64,000 nucleotides of DNA from Rhynchopus sp. YZ270_cl-10 (taxonomy: Eukaryota), in assembly GCA_964035575.1 (NCBI GenBank), contig OZ037844.1:62001-126000 (forward strand). Direction: 5' to 3'. The translations under genes and the position numbers were made by a program. This document shows, piece by piece, positions 57,492 to 64,000 of the stretch (position 1 is its first letter; every line of letters starts with the position of its first letter). A model generated the notes under the pieces. That model was not told where the DNA came from. It ran no database searches and saw only the letters and a list, made by a program, of their open reading frames with translations.

Positions 57492-59863
57492 TCATTATTC
57501 TGCACCGTGCTTGAGGAGAACCTGCTCCACATCTGCATGTTGTTTCTGCCTCGCATGCAATGCAGTGTGGCCCGGAAAATATCAATGATTCACATCCACG
57601 TCCCAGAAACCCAAGATAGCGCACAGTCATGTGCCACAAAAAGGATAAGATGTGTTGTGCTATCGTTGTCGTCCACCACACACGCGTCTGCGCCAGCTTC
57701 CACCAACATCTGCACAATTTCGCGTTTACCTTCAGCACAGTGAAAGGTATGATGTCATCGATATCCGTTGCCTCAACCGACTGCCCCTGCATCAATGAGC
57801 AGCTGCACCACATCTGAGTGCTTCTTTGCCGCTGAGTGGTGAAGTGAAGTCTTGCCCCTGTTATTTGACTTATTCACGTCCACCCCAGGCATGCACAGAA
57901 GAGTACGCACAGTCTCGGTGTGTCCATTGGCAGCCGCACGGGTAAGACATGTCTCTCCTTTGTTGTCTGTGACACACACGTCCGCACCTGCTTTGAGCAA
58001 CACCTCCACAACACGGAGATTCCCAAAATGGCTCGCCGCAAGGAGTGGCGAACGTCCGTCGATGTGCTTAACCTCAATGTCTGCCCCTGCATCAATGAGC
58101 AGCTGTGCCACATCTGCACCCGCTGTCTCAACTGCTGCGAGCAACGGGGTGTAGCCTTCCTTATCCTTGTGACTCAGGTCGACCTGCGGCAAACCCACAA
58201 GATAGCGCACAGTCTCGGTGTGTCCAAATCCTGCAGCAATAGTAAGACATGTATGTCCCTTCTTGCTTGTGGCACGCACGTCCGCACCTGCTTCCACCAA
58301 CATCTTCACAATTGGCTGTCTCCCTTTCCTGCAAGCATCAATCAGAGGTGTCCATGAATCCGTGTTCCTTGTCTCGATGTCTGCCCCTGCATAAATAAGA
58401 ACCTTCACCACATCTGCGTGCTTTTGATCTGCTGCACAGAACAACGCAGACAAGTCGTCAACACATTTGTGATTCACTTTAACATCCTGGAAGCCCTTCA
58501 AACCCACAAGATAGCGCACAGTCTCGGTGTGTCCACGACATGCAGCAAGGATAAGACATGTGTTTCCGTGGTTGCACGTACCACACACATCCGCACCTGC
58601 TTCCACCAACATCTTCACAACTGCGAGTGCTCCTGAAAGGCAAGACCAGTGCAGAGGCGAACGTCCCATGTCGTCCTTTGTCTCGATGTCTGCCCCTGCA
58701 TCAATGAGCACCTGACACACTGCAGGGTCCTCCCACATGGCTGGACAGGCCCGCCCATATAGGTCCTCCTGCCCGTGTGGGACAAACGCAACGTTGCTGC
58801 AGACTGACTTCCAATGCTGCAAGAGGACCTCCGTGCACGCAGTGTGGTCTGCGTGGATGCACTCACTCAGCAGCATCCCGAAGCCCATCTGCGTTGTCTC
58901 AACATACGGAAGAAGCAGTGCGAGGCATTCATCGTGGTTCCCTCTGCATGCCTCGTGCACAGCATCGAAAGCAACCGTTTTGCTGTCTGTGTCTGGGATG
59001 AGCTTCTCAAGTCCCGCCCGCACGGCAGTCGTGTCGCCGTTCCTGGCAGCCACGGAGGCGAAGGCCCCTGCAAGCATCGCACGCAGCACACGAGCTGCCT
59101 CCTCATCAACAGGCTTGCCCACAGCACCGCCACAAAGAAGTGTCTTCACACAGGCAAGGTGATGCCCAGCAACAGCAGCATCCAGCGCAGTCATCCCATC
59201 AACACAGTGTTCGCAGTCTGCACCCTTCGCAACAAGAAACTGCACCACATCCGCATCGCCACGGCACGCTGCAATGTACAGCGGACGTGCACAGCTCGCG
59301 TCATTCTCACTGTGCACCTCCAGCCCTGCCCCAGACGCGACGAGCAGCTCTGCACTCGCAAGATCCCCAAGGTGTGCAGCCACACACAACGGCTTGATGG
59401 GCCTCCCATTCAGGTCCAGCTTGTGTTCCTTCAGCAGCATCGCAAGCACCTCCACTCGCTTCAGGTGCAGACAGGTCAGCAGGAGCTCGTCCACATCGAC
59501 TTCCAAGCAGACACGGGTGTTGTCCGAGCATGACTTCCAATGCTGCAAGAGGACCTCTGTGCACGCAGTGTGGTCTGCGTGGATGCACTCACTCAGCAGG
59601 ATTCCAAATCCGTTCGTTCGGTCAATGTAGTGGGGAAGAAGCAGTGAAAGGCATTCATCGTGGTTCCCTCTGCATGCCTCGTGCACAGCATCGAAGGAAA
59701 CCGTTTTGCTGTCTGTGTCTGGGCTGAGCTTCTCAAGTCCCACCCGCACGGCAGTCGTGTCGCCGTTCCTGGCAGCCTCCACCAAGACCTCGTCTGCAGA
59801 AAGCGTTCTTCTCTTTGGTGCCTTCTCGTCAGGTGTGCTGTCTGCGTGTTGCTCCTTCGACAT
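57492..59863 (-). pseudogene. Ankyrin-repeat paralog 7: chimeric (duplicated N-domain), 696-aa ORF with decayed last module
   Basis: ORF 57773-59863 contains AARNGDTTAVR..EVLLQHWKS twice. Region 57492-57780 is a multiply frameshifted final module. Confidence 0.8.
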
Positions 59864-60487
59864 GGTTTGTGAAGATGTTGATATTCAATGTTGTGTCTTT
59901 TTATAAATTTTTATGCTGTTTCTTTTTGTGGAGGTTGTGAGGTGAGTGGTGGGTGTCCCTGAACTGCCTCCCACACCTGACAAGCACAGCCACAGTTGAA
60001 ACGGGTGGTGTGGAAGTCTCCCTCCTGAGGGTGGTGGGAATCTATCTGCCTTGAGACGAGGAGGTGAGGGAGGGGGTCGGTAAGATAAAAACATCATTCA
60101 GTCTTGTTCATGTTCATAATGTATTTGCATACCCCAACCCTCCCCACTCAGTAAGATTATGAACGGGAAAGAGAATGCACGTTATGAAGAAACCCCGTTC
60201 ATATTGTGCGAAGAATTAGTTTGCAGCCGAATTATGCATTCAAAGTCGACTTTGGTGTCCATCCTTCTTCCTTGCGGGAAACGCAATTCTGGTGTTTCAG
60301 AAGCAAGTGTGGGCCACAGGGTGTATACATACCCATGCCCCCATGCAGTACAACGTGACCCACGCCTTTACACAAAACGGCAAAGGCGTTTACTAGCAAA
60401 AACCACTCTAAAAACCTAAGCAGAAATGACTGGGAGCCTGGTCACCAGTCTGAGCAGCCACCGCAGGTGGGGCTGCGTTTCGGTACC

Positions 60488-60715
60488 GTAGGTGGAGCAG
60501 AAAAAGAAGTCACTACAGAACTGTGCATGACTGTACGACAACAGAAAACAGGGGGGGGGGAAATATCACATTCCTTCCTTTTTGATGAGCTTCAAGCCTC
60601 GTTCTGTGCTTACGAACTACACAAATCACCCCTCTTCTAAAAACAAACAGGCGAGAAGAGAAGTTGAAAGTCCAGAATGTCTCACGAGAGACACAGAAAA
60701 ATTGTGAACGAGTCC
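60488..60715. repeat. ~225-bp diverged direct repeat flanking the CCDC97-like gene (second copy 61847-62070)
   Basis: GTAGGTGGAG..AAAAAGAAGTCA.TACAGA and CTTCTAAAAACAAACAGGCGAGAAGAGAAGTTGAAAGT occur at both sites. Confidence 0.8.
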
Positions 60716-60866
60716 CTCTCGCTTCTCTGAAGGTGGCCATTTGATACCTTCTGTGGTATTCCTAGCACCCTAGCACGTTCCGTTCTCCTTATTGAAGAGG
60801 TGCGACTCGGTGATCCCCTCTTTTATTTTTCTTCTTGTGTCTACACAACACAAACTTCAAATGTCC

Positions 60867-61781
60867 TCAGAAACCAAAGTTGTTCGCTGCACTCCTGTCG
60901 ACAGCATCATGCGCACGCGGCGCGTCTGCGAAGCGTTTTAGGTTGGCCGCGAAGGACCCACCACTGCGGCTGCTGTCCTCCGCGAAGTAGCTCTCCTCAG
61001 CGTCGATGCAGTACTGCGCAACGTCGTCGTGCGCTTCGTCCGCATCCACCTGCGTGTAGTCCACCGCCTCATCCTCGCCACAGAGGAACCGCGCCTCCAT
61101 CACGCTCACCAGCTCCACCTCGTTTGCCTGCCGCTCTTCTTCTGTCGCTTCCTCCACACCACCACCGTCCCCCTCCCCCATCGGCTTCATAAACGCCATC
61201 ACTTCAGCCCCATCTTCCATCTCCCCAAAGCGAGCTGGCGGCAGCCCCTCAGCACTCTCACAACCCATCGGCTTCATGAACGCTGCCAACGGGTCATCCT
61301 CGAGGTCTTGCATCGCGCCAAAGAGAGCTGTGCGTGCGGGCGGTGCGTGCTGCGTGCTGGGAGGCAGGTCGTCGTCGTCTGATGTACCCAGGAGGTCGCG
61401 GCGGGTCTGTCGTACGAGGTCGGCCTCCGTGCTGTCTTCGTAGCGTCCGACGTAGAGAGCATAGAGCTCGGGTGCACGTGTCTGTATGGCGGCCAAGGAG
61501 AAGAACCCGCTTTCCCTTCGGAGAAGCATTTCTGTGTATCGTCGGTTGCGTACCGTCGCCTTCGGGGTGAGCTCGCGGCAAAGTCGGCCAAGAGTCTGGC
61601 GTGATGTAGTGGTGTTGGCGACTGCTCGCAGTGCGCGAGCCTCGTGTAGCAGCATGGAAGGGCCATGAGTGCGTACAAAGGCGGCAGGGTCTGTTGCCAA
61701 GAGAGATGCCGCAGCGTCTGTCCCTTCGGCACCCCACTGCAGTCGTGCGCCCAGGTCGTGCATGATACTTCGTGCCTCCAT
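60867..61781 (-). CDS. CCDC97: CCDC97-like protein (DUF2052), 304 aa
   Basis: VRNRRY..GFFS...IQTRAPELYALYVGRY and MEARFLCGEDEAVDYTQVD..DD....DAEESYF. Confidence 0.82.
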   Translation of the reverse strand: MEARSIMHDLGARLQWGAEGTDAAASLLATDPAAFVRTHGPSMLLHEARALRAVANTTTSRQTLGRLCRELTPKATVRNRRYTEMLLRRESGFFSLAAIQTRAPELYALYVGRYEDSTEADLVRQTRRDLLGTSDDDDLPPSTQHAPPARTALFGAMQDLEDDPLAAFMKPMGCESAEGLPPARFGEMEDGAEVMAFMKPMGEGDGGGVEEATEEERQANEVELVSVMEARFLCGEDEAVDYTQVDADEAHDDVAQYCIDAEESYFAEDSSRSGGSFAANLKRFADAPRAHDAVDRSAANNFGF

Positions 61782-62320
61782 TTTGTGATGTCTTCCTGTG
61801 GAAATAAACCGTGGTGTACGCTATGTCATATGCAAAATAGAGAAGAGTAGGTGGAGAAAAAGAAGTCAATACAGAGTGCATGACAGTACGATAACAGATA
61901 AACAGGGGGGGAAGATAGCTTTTATTTATTATCGATGACCCTCAAAGGCTCCTTCTGTGCTTTGCAAACTAAAAAACCACCCCCCTTCTAAAAACAAACA
62001 GGCGAGAAGAGAAGTTGAAAGTGTAAAACGTCTCACAGGGGGATACCGAAAAAATTGTAAACGAGTCCTGAGCATGAGTCCGTGCGAAGAATTCATCTTA
62101 GAACCGCAAAGGTGCGGAAACATCATCACTTCGGAACCGGGAACAGAGAAACCGGTTCGGTGTCAACTATATTTCTTACCCTTGGTCCTTGTGTTCTTCG
62201 ATTTTGACCAGTGCGAGGCGTCTTGTCGCCTTACCCGTGGGTGCACCCTTGTTCCACCTCTGACCGGGTGGGGTGAAGTACCTTCCTCTGAAGTCTGCCC
62301 AAAACGACGCGTCCACAGCA

Positions 62321-63676
62321 TCATTCTTCCGCACCGTGCTTGAGGAGAACCTGCACCACATCTGCATGTTGTCTCTGCCTCGCATGGTGCAACGCAGTCC
62401 GGCCCAAAAAATCCCTGTGGTTCACATCCACCTCCCGTAATCCCACAAGATAGCGCACACTCTCGATGTGTCCATAAAAAGTCGCAACAATAAGGTATGC
62501 TGTGCTATCGTCGTCGTCACCCACACACACGTCCACACCCGCTTCCACCAACATCTGTACAATGTCGAGTTCCCCAATCTCACAAGCACAGTGAAGAGGT
62601 GCCCTTCCTAGGCGATTCTGTGCCTCAACATCTGCCCCTGCATCAATGAGCAGCTGCACCACTGAGTGTTTCTGTGCCACTGCGTAGTGTAGTGCAGTGT
62701 TGCCCCTGTTATTTGACTGATTCACGTCCACCTCAGGCATGCACAGAAGAGTACGCACAGTCTCGGTGTGTCCATTGGCAGCCGCAAGTGTAAGACACGT
62801 ATCTCCGAAGTTTTCTGTGACACACACGTCCGCACCTGCTTTGACCAACACCTCCACAACCTGGAGATCCCCAAAATCGCTCGCCACGAGGATTGGCGAA
62901 CGTCCGTTGTTGTGCTTAACCTCAATGTCTGCCCCTGCATCAATGAGCAGCTCCACCACATCTGCACCCGCTGTCTCAACTGCTGCGAGCAACGAGGTGT
63001 AGCCTATCTTATCCTTGTGATTCACGTCGACCTGCGGCAAACCCACAAGATAGCGCACAGTCTCGGTGTGTCCAAATCATGCAGCAATCAGAAGACATGT
63101 AAGCCCATTCTTTTCTGTAGCACTTACGTCCGCACCTACTGTCACCAACATCTTCACAACTGCGAGTGCTCCTGAACAGCAAGACCAGTGCAGAGGCGAA
63201 CGTCCCATGTCGTCCTTTGTCTCAATGTCTGCCCCTGCATCAATGAACACCTGAAACACTGCAGGGTCCTCCCACATGGCTGGACAGGCACGGTCTTTGA
63301 TGTCCTCCTGCCCGTGTGGGACAAACGCAACGTTGCTGCAGACTGACTTCCAATGCTGCAAGAGGACCTCCGTGCACGCAGTGTGGTCTGCGTGGATGCA
63401 CTCACTCAGCAGCATCCCGAAGCCCATCTGCGTTGTCTCAACATACGGAAGAAGCAGTGCGAGGCATTCATCGTGGTTCCCTCTGCATGCCTCGTGCACA
63501 GCATCGAAAGCAACCGTTTTGCTGTCTGTGTCTGGGCTGAGCTTCTCAAGTCCCGCCCGCACGGCAGTCGTGTCGCCGTTCCTGGCAGCCTCCACCAAGA
63601 CCTCGTCTGCAGAAAGCTCTCTTCTCTTTGGTGCCTTCTCGTCAGGTGTGCTGTCTGCGTGTTGCTCCTTCGACAT
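62321..63676 (-). pseudogene. Ankyrin-repeat paralog 8 (MSKEQ start, 3 modules), in-frame nonsense codon
   Basis: TGA at 63077-63079 replaces the GGA of AAGFGH in paralogs. Both ORF halves share one frame. Confidence 0.85.
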
Positions 63677-64000
63677 GGTTTGTGAAGATGTTGATATTCA
63701 ACGTTGTGTCTTTTATGCTGCTTCTTTTTGTGGAGGTTGTGAGGTGAGTGGTGTCCCTGAACTGCCTCCCACCCCTGACAAGCACAGCCACAGTGGAAAC
63801 GGGTGGTGTGGAAGTCTCCCTCCTGAGGGTGGGGTGGGAATCTATCTGCCTTGAGACAAGGAGGTGAGGGAGGGGGTCTGTAAGATAAAAACATCATTCA
63901 GTCTTGTTCATGTTCATAATGTATTTGCATACCCCAACCCTCCCCACTCAGTAAGATTATGAACGGGAAAGAGAATGCACGTTATGAACAAACCCCGTTC

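Noticed and set aside
63077..63079. In-frame TGA as recoding (Trp or Sec)
   Set aside because: Paralogs have GGA (Gly) at this position and TGA is the normal stop of the ankyrin genes, so this is a simple nonsense mutation.
1..64000. tRNA, spliced-leader RNA or intact transposase/Fanzor genes
   Set aside because: None were recognised by eye. A covariance-model and HMM scan would be needed to exclude them.

Overview
Eukaryotic genomic DNA. All credible genes are intronless ORFs on the minus strand, which suggests a euglenozoan (diplonemid or kinetoplastid-like) directional gene cluster; this taxonomic call is inference. The left arm encodes a type-I membrane protein, an ATRX/ARIP4-like SNF2 ATPase, a 1851-aa NLR-like protein (ANK, R-S-E ADP-ribosyltransferase, NACHT, pentapeptide repeats, WD40) and a C2/MCTP-like protein fused to an RMDN-type TPR domain. 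Eight paralogous ankyrin genes lie between 18.2 and 63.7 kb (4 intact, 4 disrupted). Each has a near-invariant N-terminal domain plus 3-6 three-repeat modules that are mosaic between copies and vary at the predicted binding surface. The tandem unit also carries a decayed DIRS/VIPER-type RNase H remnant joined to an LSU rRNA fragment. The spacer upstream of the ankyrin genes is an insertion hotspot. It holds a tyrosine-recombinase pseudogene and a 7.5-kb stack of non-autonomous TIR elements nested five levels deep, with readable TIRs and TSDs and perfect (CAGTACA)n and (CAGTA)n arrays. SAM-WW, KCTD-type BTB and CCDC97-like genes lie at 53-62 kb. All calls come from visual motif recognition; no database searches were run.
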